The translations under genes were made by a program, and so were the position numbers. DNA of 64,000 nucleotides from Oscillospiraceae bacterium (GTDB lineage Bacteria; Bacillota; Clostridia; Oscillospirales; Ruminococcaceae). Every line of letters begins with the position of its first letter. The stretch's first letter is position 1. The stretch spans positions 216 to 64,215 of the forward strand of contig JAFXIC010000046.1 of the NCBI GenBank assembly GCA_017533485.1, in the 5' to 3' direction. Below, piece by piece: positions 28,505 to 37,274 of this stretch. Under the pieces are notes generated by a model. That model was not told where the DNA came from and made no database searches. It saw only the letters and a list, made by a program, of their open reading frames with translations.

Positions 28505-29527
28505 ATGAAACAAAAGCTAAAAGCCTTTACGTTGGTCGAACTTGTCATCGTAATGGGTATGTTTACAATTATCATGTTCAGCGTGCTGCAGTTGTTGGAT
28601 CCGGTTTCGAAATTCTTTGTCCGAAGCAGCAACTTCGAGTATACGACAGCCTGCGTGGATAATATCAAGCGTGCAGTCGATGGTAACCTGAAGTATGCGG
28701 ACCGCGTTCGTCTTTACTACGGATTCGATCCGTATGATCAAGGCGTTACCGGCACAGCAAAATGCGGCACGGCTCCCTTTGATACAATCAGAACTGCGGT
28801 CAATCGTTTCTATTCCGAGTTCTTCTATCAGAGAGTCTGTACCGCGACCTCCGGCACCATTTATGTCATGACCTTCGATAACCGCGTGAAAAATCCGAAT
28901 TATCGCGACTTGCAGCAGCTCAGCGCCTATAATGAGGGTAAGTTTAACCGCGGTGAAATCGACCTTTTCGAGTTCCGGTTCGATAACTATGATCCGAACC
29001 TGTGTAATCCGGATGATGTTGCAAATCAGACTCCGGGTGTTAAGGAATGGTATGTCAACGAGTCCCTCTACGGTAATTTTGACTACATCTTTACCATGGA
29101 TACAACTGGATCTGCACTGAGCTTCGACCCCAGAAACTTCCAGATGAATATCGACATTGTCGAGGTTCGTAAGGCAGAGGGCGGCGGTCTGATGAAAACC
29201 GATGCCACGAATAATGCGAGTATATCCTTCTCCATGAAGAATGTTCTTGACGTTACCACCGGAAACAGCAGTTTGGATTATAGAATTACACTTCCTCCCG
29301 GTATTGATGAGGGCTCTGCACTCCCGACCGATTTTCAGGCGAATGAAGTTCAGCGCTATATTCCGTTTAATGGCGGAGACTATTTTGGCGCGAATGCCCC
29401 TTCAATCGACATGAATAATCCGGATGTGATGGACGAAACCTGCTTCTTCTTCGTATTTACCGTTCCGGAGCAGATTTTCGACGGCGGTCCTTATGTTGAA
29501 GGTCTGAGCGCAACTCCCATCACTTGA
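28505..29527 (+). CDS. minor pilin / pseudopilin (Ala at -1)
   Basis: KQKLKA|FTLVELVIVMGMFTIIMF with Glu at +5 but Ala instead of Gly before the predicted cleavage site. Confidence 0.65.
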   Translation: MKQKLKAFTLVELVIVMGMFTIIMFSVLQLLDPVSKFFVRSSNFEYTTACVDNIKRAVDGNLKYADRVRLYYGFDPYDQGVTGTAKCGTAPFDTIRTAVNRFYSEFFYQRVCTATSGTIYVMTFDNRVKNPNYRDLQQLSAYNEGKFNRGEIDLFEFRFDNYDPNLCNPDDVANQTPGVKEWYVNESLYGNFDYIFTMDTTGSALSFDPRNFQMNIDIVEVRKAEGGGLMKTDATNNASISFSMKNVLDVTTGNSSLDYRITLPPGIDEGSALPTDFQANEVQRYIPFNGGDYFGANAPSIDMNNPDVMDETCFFFVFTVPEQIFDGGPYVEGLSATPIT

Positions 29528-29543
29528 TTTGAATCCAAGAGAT

Positions 29544-29574
29544 AAAAAAGGCAGCCGGTGTTGCCCGGCTGCCT
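29544..29574. terminator. bidirectional hairpin terminator between the minor-pilin operon and pilD
   Basis: AGGCAGCCGG (29549-29558) / CCGGCTGCCT (29565-29574). The flanking A-run gives a U-tract for the minus-strand pilD; the plus-strand U-tract is weaker. Confidence 0.65.
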
Positions 29575-29593
29575 ATCTCTTAAACCCTTTTTC

Positions 29594-30496
29594 TTATCGC
29601 ATGAGAATACAGTTTGCGTAGTATTCATATGTCTCCGGCTGCGGAAATCTGGAGATGTACCACTCGGTAATCATCGGACCGAACATTGCGCCGAGATATA
29701 ATCCCATACAAAGATACGGCCCAAACGCAAATTTCGATTCTCCGGTCTTTTTCTTTAGGATTGATCCGAATACTCCGGCAAAAAGAATGCCGATGAATGC
29801 GGACGGAACCATCGCTTTCCACCCAAGCAGCAATCCCGAAAATGCCATCAGGATTGTATCACCAAGTTCCACTCCGCGGACATCTTCACCGGTTTTCTTT
29901 TTGGCGTAGGGTCTTGTCAATTCACCAATCAGGAAAAACGGAAGCCCGATGCTGGCGGCTCCGATCAGCCGATCCGCTATCGTCAGTTCCGATGCAAAAT
30001 AGCTCGGAATCACAAGCAGCACGATTACCAGCAATACGCGCATATCCATTTCCTGTGTGTCCCAGTCCATGAACCCCACGACCACAAGTACAGATGTGAA
30101 AATGCACATGATGAACATATTCGCGGTCAGCCCGAAAATCAGGAAATCTGCAACGTACAATAGTCCGTTCAGCGTTTCTACGATCGGATAGCGCGGCGAA
30201 ATCTTTTCCCCGCAGCTATGGCATTTTCCTTTCAGAAACAGCCAGCTGAATACCGGAATCAGATCTATGATCCGGATCTTCGTTCCGCAGGTCATGCAGT
30301 GTGAGGCGCGCTTCGTCAGCGACTCCCCAATCGGAAGCCGTATGATGACGACATTGAGGAAGCTACCGATACAGATTCCGTAGAGAAATACGACAGGAAT
30401 CGCAAATAAGAAAAATGTCGGTTCCATGTACTTCCAGTCGTCGAAGCCTGCCGGTGCTGCGGGAATGCTCGCAGCAAGCAATAATTTTTGGTACAT
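29594..30496 (-). CDS. pilD: prepilin peptidase / N-methyltransferase (A24 family)
   Basis: Zn-finger CMTCGTKI...CHSCGEKISPRYPIVE; polytopic membrane protein; RBS AAGGAGG; 300 aa. Confidence 0.88.
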   Translation of the reverse strand: MYQKLLLAASIPAAPAGFDDWKYMEPTFFLFAIPVVFLYGICIGSFLNVVIIRLPIGESLTKRASHCMTCGTKIRIIDLIPVFSWLFLKGKCHSCGEKISPRYPIVETLNGLLYVADFLIFGLTANMFIMCIFTSVLVVVGFMDWDTQEMDMRVLLVIVLLVIPSYFASELTIADRLIGAASIGLPFFLIGELTRPYAKKKTGEDVRGVELGDTILMAFSGLLLGWKAMVPSAFIGILFAGVFGSILKKKTGESKFAFGPYLCMGLYLGAMFGPMITEWYISRFPQPETYEYYANCILMR

Positions 30497-30526
30497 AGCG
30501 GTACCTCCTTTATGGTTTGTACTGTT

Positions 30527-30555
30527 ATTCTAACACAGAAATGCAAATTTTGCAA
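30527..30555 (-). promoter_or_regulatory. sigma-A promoter of pilD
   Basis: Minus strand TTGCAA (30555-30550), 17-nt spacer, TAGAAT (30532-30527), in the 80-bp pilD/pilB divergent region. Confidence 0.55.
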
Positions 30556-30577
30556 GTTAAATTTTTGGAGGTTGAGT

Positions 30578-32236
30578 ATGAGAAACATCCGTATCGGTGA
30601 CTATCTCGTTGAGGAGGGTCACATCACACCGGAGCAATTGCAGCAGGTGCTGCTAAAGCAGCATGAATCGACAGAATCGAAGCGTTTCGGTGATGTCCTC
30701 GTCGAACTCGGTTTCATGACTGATGTCAAGTTCGCACAGGCACTCTCCGGTAAGCTTAAGGTTCCGTATGTCGATCTCAACAGCGTAGATATCGACGGCG
30801 AAATCGCTCGTAAGGTTCCGCAGGATCTTGCGGAGCGTAACTGTGTCATCGCAATCAGCATGACCGGACGTCGTCTGACTGTCGCAACGGATGACCCGAT
30901 CAATTTCAATATCCTTGAAGATATTAAAGTAAAAACCGGTTATGATACCATTCCTGTCCTCGCTACCCGTGCCGCAATCAAGAAGGCAATCGGTAAGGCT
31001 TACCAGATGTCCGACCTCGGCGATATCGAAGGCATCGGCGGCCCGATTATTGAGGAAGATGATGAATCCAAGGACAGAGTCGAGAGCGCTCCGATCGTTA
31101 AGCTCGCAACGCAGGTCGTTGAAAATGCGTTCCGTATGGAAGCAACGGATATTCATATCGAGCCGTTCGAGAAGTATACCCAGATTCGTGTCCGTGTCAA
31201 CGGTGACCTCGTTCCGCTCATGAATGTTTCCAGTAATGTCCAGAACCAGCTCGCTACCCGTCTGAAGCTCATCTCCGGCATGAACATCGCTGAAAAGCGT
31301 ATCCCGCAGGACGGCCGTTTCTCCCAGACGGTTGACGGCATCCCGCTCGACGTCCGTGTGTCTGCACTCCCGATGGTTCACGGCGAAAAGATCGTTATCC
31401 GTATCCTTTCCACTGGTGCAATCAAAACCCGTCGTCTGCAGGATCTCGGTATGTCCGAATATAACTACGACCTCTTTAATAGTATGATTAAGTGTCCGCA
31501 CGGCGTTATCCTCGTTACCGGCCCTACCGGTTCCGGTAAGTCTACGACGCTCTATGCGGCTCTCGGCGCAATCGCCAGACCTGATGTGAACGTCGTTACT
31601 GTTGAGGACCCGGTCGAGAAACAGATGGAAGGTATCAACCAGTGCCAGGTTAACGTAAAGGCCGGTATGACCTTCTCCGCTGCACTCCGTTCTATCCTCC
31701 GTCAGGACCCTGACGTTATCATGATCGGTGAGATGCGTGACGGCGAGACCGCTGAAATCGGTATCCGTGCTGCTATCACGGGCCACTTGGTTCTCTCCAC
31801 ACTCCATACCAACGATGCTGCTTCCACGATCGTCCGTCTGGTCGATATGGGTATCCCCGCTTACATGGTTGCTTCTTCCCTCATCGGCGTTGTCGCACAG
31901 CGTCTCGTTAAGGTTCTCTGCCCGAAGTGCAGAAAACAGAGAATGTCTACCCCCGAAGAGAATAAGCTCATGCACATCGACCACTCTGTTCCGATTTATG
32001 ACGCTGTCGGCTGTAATGAATGCGGAACCGGCTACCACGGCCGTACCGCTATTCACGAAATTATCCACTGCTCCGCTGGTATCTCTACCCTCATCGCCAA
32101 TGGCGCCGGTAAAGAGGAAATCGAGATCCTCGCTAGAAAGAACGGTACAAAGCTGCTGCGTGATAACGTATCTGACCTCGTTATGCAGGGCGTTACCTCC
32201 ATGGACGAGCTTGTCCGTGTAACCTACGCTGTATAA
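30578..32236 (+). CDS. pilB: type IV pilus assembly ATPase PilB (GspE family)
   Basis: ATG 30578 after GGAGG. N-terminal MshEN-like domain; Walker A GPTGSGKSTTLYA; tetracysteine CPKC...CNECGTGYHGR; 552 aa. Confidence 0.92.
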   Translation: MRNIRIGDYLVEEGHITPEQLQQVLLKQHESTESKRFGDVLVELGFMTDVKFAQALSGKLKVPYVDLNSVDIDGEIARKVPQDLAERNCVIAISMTGRRLTVATDDPINFNILEDIKVKTGYDTIPVLATRAAIKKAIGKAYQMSDLGDIEGIGGPIIEEDDESKDRVESAPIVKLATQVVENAFRMEATDIHIEPFEKYTQIRVRVNGDLVPLMNVSSNVQNQLATRLKLISGMNIAEKRIPQDGRFSQTVDGIPLDVRVSALPMVHGEKIVIRILSTGAIKTRRLQDLGMSEYNYDLFNSMIKCPHGVILVTGPTGSGKSTTLYAALGAIARPDVNVVTVEDPVEKQMEGINQCQVNVKAGMTFSAALRSILRQDPDVIMIGEMRDGETAEIGIRAAITGHLVLSTLHTNDAASTIVRLVDMGIPAYMVASSLIGVVAQRLVKVLCPKCRKQRMSTPEENKLMHIDHSVPIYDAVGCNECGTGYHGRTAIHEIIHCSAGISTLIANGAGKEEIEILARKNGTKLLRDNVSDLVMQGVTSMDELVRVTYAV

Positions 32237-32272
32237 TGTTCGCCTAATTTGAAATGAATGGAGGAAAACCCC

Positions 32273-33382
32273 ATGCCTACTATTGTGATCAATAAAATTC
32301 TGGACGATGTTCGTTCGCTTGGCTGCTCTGACCTGCACTTCACCGTCGGTATTAACCCCGTTGTTCGTCTCCACGGTCAGCTCCGTAAAATGTCCAGCTA
32401 TCCCGAAATGACCGACGAAATGATCGGCGAAATTATCGACCAGATGACCAACGAGCGTCAGCGTAAAACTGTTACGCAGCATATCGACACCGACTTCTCC
32501 TATGTGACGCGTGCAGGCTTCCGCCATCGTTGTAATATCTTCTTCCAGCGCGACCACGCTGCAATCGCAATCCGTTTGCTCCGTAACGATATCCCGACGC
32601 TGGATGACCTCTTTATGCCGCCCGTTATGGCTGAGTTCGCAATGCGTCCTCGTGGTCTTGTTCTCATCACCGGCCCGACCGGTTCCGGTAAGTCCACAAC
32701 CCTCGCCGGCATGATCGACTACATCAACTGCAATAAGAGCGCACATATCATCACCATCGAAGACCCGATCGAGTATGTTCACGAGCATAAACGCTGCATG
32801 ATTAACCAGCGTGAAGTCGGTTCCGACGTCGAGAGCTTCGCAATGGCGCTGAGAGCTGCACTTCGTGAAGACCCGGACGTTATCCTCGTCGGAGAAATGC
32901 GTGACTTCGAAACGATTCAGGCTGCCATTACTGCGGCTGAAACCGGTCACCTGGTCTTCTCAACCTTGCATACCACTTCCGCGCCCGATACCATCAACCG
33001 TATCATCGACGTTTATCCGGAGCATCAGCAGGTTCAGATCCGTACACAGCTCGCGAATGTTCTTGTCGGCGTTGTCTCTCAGACACTTCTTCCGCTCAAG
33101 AATGGTACCGGCCGTATCGCTGCTATGGAAATTCTTGCGGTTACCGACGCAATCTCTGCGATGATTCGTGAGGGTAAGATTCACCTCATCCTCTCCAGCA
33201 TTCAGGCTGGTAAGGCTCACGGCATGATGTGTCTCGACCAGGAGCTCGCTCGCCTCGTTAAGAACAATACCGTTAACGAAATTGACGCGCTCGAAAAATG
33301 TCAGGATAAGACCGAATTCTATCGCTATCTCACTGCTATGGGCGGTCAGTCCGTTATCACGCGTGAGGGCGTCCTCGGCTAA
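32273..33382 (+). CDS. pilT: twitching-motility retraction ATPase PilT
   Basis: ATG 32273 after GGAGGA. SDLHFTVG, GPTGSGKSTTLAGMIDYIN, GHLVFSTLHT; 369 aa. Confidence 0.9.
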   Translation: MPTIVINKILDDVRSLGCSDLHFTVGINPVVRLHGQLRKMSSYPEMTDEMIGEIIDQMTNERQRKTVTQHIDTDFSYVTRAGFRHRCNIFFQRDHAAIAIRLLRNDIPTLDDLFMPPVMAEFAMRPRGLVLITGPTGSGKSTTLAGMIDYINCNKSAHIITIEDPIEYVHEHKRCMINQREVGSDVESFAMALRAALREDPDVILVGEMRDFETIQAAITAAETGHLVFSTLHTTSAPDTINRIIDVYPEHQQVQIRTQLANVLVGVVSQTLLPLKNGTGRIAAMEILAVTDAISAMIREGKIHLILSSIQAGKAHGMMCLDQELARLVKNNTVNEIDALEKCQDKTEFYRYLTAMGGQSVITREGVLG

Positions 33383-33402
33383 AATGATATGCAAATCCTC
33401 TC

Positions 33403-33437
33403 CGATCCGGAGGGGATTTGTTTTATTCGGGCGCATT
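33403..33437 (+). terminator. intrinsic terminator after pilT
   Basis: 12-bp arms 33403-33414 / 33418-33429 (one G-U pair) followed by a T-rich tract. Confidence 0.75.
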
Positions 33438-33702
33438 GTCAGAATGACGGAAAATTTTGTCCGATTCATGAACAAAATGATGCGAAGATATGTCTCGAAT
33501 AAGTAATCTCACTTACCAATAAATCGAAAATTCACGCAGCATCACACTTTTATAGAAAAGAATATGCGTTTTTGATAATTTGATTTGGTTACAAATGTGT
33601 TACAATTTTTGTGCAAAACAGCGAAAACGTATCTGAAAAAACGTGTAAAAAAACCGTTTTCGTAAAAGTTTGTTCATAATCTCGAAAAAAACTCGAAATC
33701 TA

Positions 33703-33731
33703 TTGACAATTCTTTCGTAATGTGGTATACT
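33703..33731 (+). promoter_or_regulatory. strong sigma-A promoter of major pilin gene
   Basis: TTGACA (33703-33708), 17-nt spacer, TGG-TATACT (33726-33731). The ~100-nt 5'UTR carries the hairpin GTTTGGA-CAT-TCCAAAC. Confidence 0.75.
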
Positions 33732-33840
33732 CTAAACATGGAGAACAGGAGAACACTTAGACGTCGAGTGAGCTCCTCGATACTCTAAAGAAAATTTCGT
33801 TTGGACATTCCAAACACAACTTTTTGAGGAGGTTTTTATC

Positions 33841-34320
33841 ATGAAAAAGAAAGGTTTTACTCTCATTGAGCTGATCGTCGTTATCGCTATCATCGGCGTT
33901 CTGGCTGCTATTCTCGTTCCGGCAATGCTCGGCTACATCAAGAAGTCCAAGATCACCAACGCTAACGCTGCTGCGAAGTCTATCATGACTGCTGCTACTT
34001 CTGCTGTTACTGATATCGATGCAGAGGATAGACTGAGTGTTACTGCCATTACTGACGTTGCTTCTTCTGATCCCGCTGCTGATTTTGCTAACACCAGCAC
34101 TAGCAATGTTAACATTCGTTTCAGGGGCAAGGTTGGTACCTACTTCTCTGACATTGAGAAGCTTGATGCTGTTTCCATCGATATGGAAAATGGCGTTCCG
34201 GTAGCTGTTGCAGTTCAGGATGGTCGTTATTACGGCACCAACCCTCATCAGCTTTCTGTTGATGACTACGATGCAAACTCTACTTGGACTATGACTAACT
34301 GGATTGCTTACGCAAAATAA
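33841..34320 (+). CDS. pilA: type IV major pilin
   Basis: MKKKG|FTLIELIVVIAIIGVLAAILVPAMLGY is a canonical class III signal with Glu5; RBS GAGGAGG; 159 aa. Confidence 0.9.
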   Translation: MKKKGFTLIELIVVIAIIGVLAAILVPAMLGYIKKSKITNANAAAKSIMTAATSAVTDIDAEDRLSVTAITDVASSDPAADFANTSTSNVNIRFRGKVGTYFSDIEKLDAVSIDMENGVPVAVAVQDGRYYGTNPHQLSVDDYDANSTWTMTNWIAYAK

Positions 34321-34368
34321 TTTGCTTTAATCGTTACGTCATAAGCATTTTTAGTTGAATGAAAATTT

Positions 34369-34396
34369 GAATGCCCCCTTTTAAAAGGGGGCATTC
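34369..34396 (+). terminator. perfect hairpin after pilA1 (attenuating terminator or stabiliser)
   Basis: GAATGCCCCCTTTT / AAAAGGGGGCATTC 28-nt palindrome; only a weak U-tract downstream. Confidence 0.5.
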
Positions 34397-34425
34397 CTTG
34401 TATACAGGGAATATTGTGAGGGTAT

Positions 34426-34965
34426 ATGATGAAGAAAAAGGGTTTTACTTTAATTGAGCTGATCGTTGTCATTGCGATCATTGGCGTACTTGCTGCAATG
34501 CTTGTACCTGCCATGATGGGATATATTTCGAAATCTAAGATTATGAATAGCAACGGAGCTGCCAATTCTGTTTTAAAGGGCGCAAACATTGCAATTGTTG
34601 AGCTTTCTAACCGCGATTATAATTATTCGCTTCTGGATGGCAATATTACAGTGGACGCTGCGGATATTGTCGCGTGTAAGGACGTTATAATGTCCTCCGT
34701 TTCCAGAGATTCTACGAACGTGAATGAGCTGAGATCCATTCTCTATGCCAGTATTTATCGGTATTTTACTGATGTCGAGGAGCTTGATGAGGTTTCCTTC
34801 CAAATTAGCAATGGAGAATGTGTTGGTGTCGGTGTATTGAAGGGAAGATACCCCGGTTCCGCGCCGATTGCTATCGGCATTGAAGATTTTCAGCAGGTCG
34901 AAGAAACCGGTACTTGGGATTCGGATGTTGCGCTCGATTACGCAACAGGCACTACCACTCCGTAA
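34426..34965 (+). CDS. second type IV pilin paralog
   Basis: MMKKKG|FTLIELIVVIAIIGVLAAMLVPAMMGY. The first ~37 aa are near-identical to PilA1; the C-terminal globular part is unrelated by eye; 179 aa. Confidence 0.88.
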   Translation: MMKKKGFTLIELIVVIAIIGVLAAMLVPAMMGYISKSKIMNSNGAANSVLKGANIAIVELSNRDYNYSLLDGNITVDAADIVACKDVIMSSVSRDSTNVNELRSILYASIYRYFTDVEELDEVSFQISNGECVGVGVLKGRYPGSAPIAIGIEDFQQVEETGTWDSDVALDYATGTTTP

Positions 34966-35001
34966 TTGCCGGAGTCTTTCATTGAATATCGAAAAATAAT
35001 A

Positions 35002-35036
35002 CCGCGGCATCCGTGATAGATGCCGCGGCTCTTTTA
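35002..35036. terminator. bidirectional terminator between pilA2 and GH5 gene
   Basis: CCGCGGCATC (35002-35011) / GATGCCGCGG (35019-35028), flanked by an A-run and a T-run. Confidence 0.75.
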
Positions 35037-37154
35037 TTATTTGGAGGATGCGAGTTCTTCTTTGGTGATGAGTTTTGCGATGAATTTCAGGATCTTAGCC
35101 GCGTCTGCTGCGGAGATACCCGTCTTTCCGTCAACGTCTGCATTCAAAGCACCCTGTGCGGTCAGCGAAACAGAGGTGTCTTCGGCTGCGATTCTTGATA
35201 CGAGAATTACGTCGGAGATATCGACTTCACCACTGAGATCTGCGTCACCGGGGTGGATCTTAGTACCTTCAGTACCTAGGACTAAGTTGACTTCAACCTT
35301 GGTCAGCTCTGTTTTGTATTTGCTGGAGCCTGCATTGCTGTACTCAATTGCCTGGATCGAGAGCTTGACTTGTGTACCGACCGGATGCTCCATCAGCTCG
35401 CTCAGGCCTTCACAGTCTTCTGCAAACTGGAAAATAATTGTCGTTCCATTCGACTGATCTTCGAGGGTAACAGATTGATCGCTGAGGTCTTTGATGACAG
35501 CTGTCATTTCATACGAAACCGGCGTTGTTACAATGTTCGAGGAGACGATCGGAGTAGGTGTCGTTGTGGTGGTGGTAGTGGTTGTGGATGCGGTTGTGAC
35601 GCTCTGCGGCGGTTTGGTGTCACCGGAGGTGCTGCCCTTTGTGCCGCCGTCTAAGTTGCTTCCCTCGGAGTTCGCATAGCTCGAATAGAATTCCGAAAGC
35701 GAAATGCCGTTTTGTCCGAGCGGAATCTGGTGGTCGAGTCCGATATATTTACCGGAAGACGAGGTCTGCCAGAGGGATTCCTCGAACAGCGCATACTTCT
35801 TATTGTCCCATGTCGAGAAGGTTGCGTCCAGCAATCCGCCCGTATCACCCGAGTTCGGGTTCAGACACCAGAAGGTATGGTTGATATGGTTGTCGATCAT
35901 ATAATCACGCAGCAGCTCCATCCATTTCTGGTTCTTGCCGCCGTCCATATGACCGCCCCATTCGCCGATCAGCAGCGGTGCGATATCTTCTTCTACGATG
36001 TATGCCCAGGTATCATACCAGTAATCGTCCAGCAGCGTCTGGGTTGTGAAGTCCTTATCGAACCATGTCTGTGCATAAACGGACGGGCCGTAATCGTGCG
36101 GGGAGTAGACAATCTGGGATGTACCGCTCGTCGGGGTAACCGGATATTCACGGACACCGCGGAGATTTCCGCCCCACCATGCGCCATACCAGCGTTCTTC
36201 ACCTGCCTTCGGCTGGAAGACATCGGGTGTATCAAAGGTATATCCCTTTTCGGTAATCGGAGACTGTTCGATACCCTCGATGAGGATCAGTGCATTCGGA
36301 TTGACCTTGAGAATGGAGTTTGCGCACATCTCAGCGGAATATTTCCAGTTGTTCTTAAACTCCGTATCATCCCAGCGTGCCATATCCGGCGGACAGGTAT
36401 CTCCGTTATAGCCGCGCTTGCCGTGCGGCTCGTTCTTCAGGTCATAGGCTACGATCGTATCATCATTTGCATACTTCTGCGCGAGCCATGTCAGCGACTC
36501 AATCCAGTCATCCCATGTGACCTGTGCGCCCTTATCTCCGGCAGCCTCCGCGATGGTTGCCATACCGTCACAGTCTGCGGCGGTCGGCTCATAGTACCAG
36601 AGGTTGTAGTTATGACCGGAGTTATGGGATGCGGGGCTATGGACATCTACAAGCGCCTTGATGCCGTATTTCTTACACTTCTGGATAATGACATCGAACA
36701 CTTCCATACTGTTCATTTCCGAGCCGTCCTCGTGACAGAAATCGGGGTTGAACTTATAGGCTTCGGTATTCTTCGGGTTGAGGCCTACGGTCATATAGGG
36801 GTCGCCGTTCATCCACGAGAGCAGAAGCTCGGTGGATACAGGGAAACGGATGATATTGATACCGTGGTCAGCAACCGACGAGAGCAGAACATCTACATCT
36901 GCACTCCAAAGACCGTGGGGGAAATTCTCTGTACAGTTCATGCCGAACCAGTTTGCACCGGTCAGCCAGACTTCTTTGCCGTCCTTATCATACAGGCGGC
37001 TTCCTTTCGCGTGGAGCCAGTCATCATTGGTGTCGTCAGCAGCGGACGCGATATTGACATTCTTTACGCTGCTGTTGCTGGTCAGGATTGCAGTCGAGCT
37101 GACCGCTAGAATAGACGCCAGTCCCAGCGACAGGATACGATGATAAGATTTCAT
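35037..37154 (-). CDS. GH5 endoglucanase with Thr-rich linker, ~110-aa unknown module and C-terminal dockerin
   Basis: Signal peptide MKSYHRILSLGLASILAVSS. GH5 acid/base YDLKNEPHG and nucleophile LLIGEWGGH. Dockerin GDADLSGEVDISD...NADVDGKTGISAAD. Confidence 0.88.
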   Translation of the reverse strand: MKSYHRILSLGLASILAVSSTAILTSNSSVKNVNIASAADDTNDDWLHAKGSRLYDKDGKEVWLTGANWFGMNCTENFPHGLWSADVDVLLSSVADHGINIIRFPVSTELLLSWMNGDPYMTVGLNPKNTEAYKFNPDFCHEDGSEMNSMEVFDVIIQKCKKYGIKALVDVHSPASHNSGHNYNLWYYEPTAADCDGMATIAEAAGDKGAQVTWDDWIESLTWLAQKYANDDTIVAYDLKNEPHGKRGYNGDTCPPDMARWDDTEFKNNWKYSAEMCANSILKVNPNALILIEGIEQSPITEKGYTFDTPDVFQPKAGEERWYGAWWGGNLRGVREYPVTPTSGTSQIVYSPHDYGPSVYAQTWFDKDFTTQTLLDDYWYDTWAYIVEEDIAPLLIGEWGGHMDGGKNQKWMELLRDYMIDNHINHTFWCLNPNSGDTGGLLDATFSTWDNKKYALFEESLWQTSSSGKYIGLDHQIPLGQNGISLSEFYSSYANSEGSNLDGGTKGSTSGDTKPPQSVTTASTTTTTTTTTPTPIVSSNIVTTPVSYEMTAVIKDLSDQSVTLEDQSNGTTIIFQFAEDCEGLSELMEHPVGTQVKLSIQAIEYSNAGSSKYKTELTKVEVNLVLGTEGTKIHPGDADLSGEVDISDVILVSRIAAEDTSVSLTAQGALNADVDGKTGISAADAAKILKFIAKLITKEELASSK

Positions 37155-37184
37155 ATCGGGTTCCTCCTTTTTTTCGTACTGTGC

Positions 37185-37250
37185 TGCAGCAGGCAGTTTG
37201 CTGCGGTTGTTTTCGGAAATACCTCCGACCTTTTCCGGGACGGAGGTATT
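37185..37250 (-). other. stem-loops between the tandem GH5 genes (no U-tract)
   Basis: AATACCTCCG (37218-37227) / CGGAGGTATT (37241-37250) and GCAGCA..TGCTGC (37185-37203). Neither has a U-tract on the minus strand, so the two genes may be co-transcribed. Confidence 0.4.
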
Positions 37251-37274
37251 CTTCTTGGAAAGCTATGGCCGGAC

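Noticed and set aside
30653-32950. 765-aa ORF antisense to pilB and pilT, spanning their intergenic region
   Set aside because: It crosses two genes with unmistakable Walker A and GspE/PilT motifs on the plus strand. The openness is due to rare antisense-stop-generating codons.
35712-37109. 465-aa (and 38208..39251, 347-aa) plus-strand ORFs opposite the GH5 genes
   Set aside because: The minus-strand products carry signal peptides, the GH5 NEP and GEWGG catalytic motifs and dockerins. The plus frames have no features.
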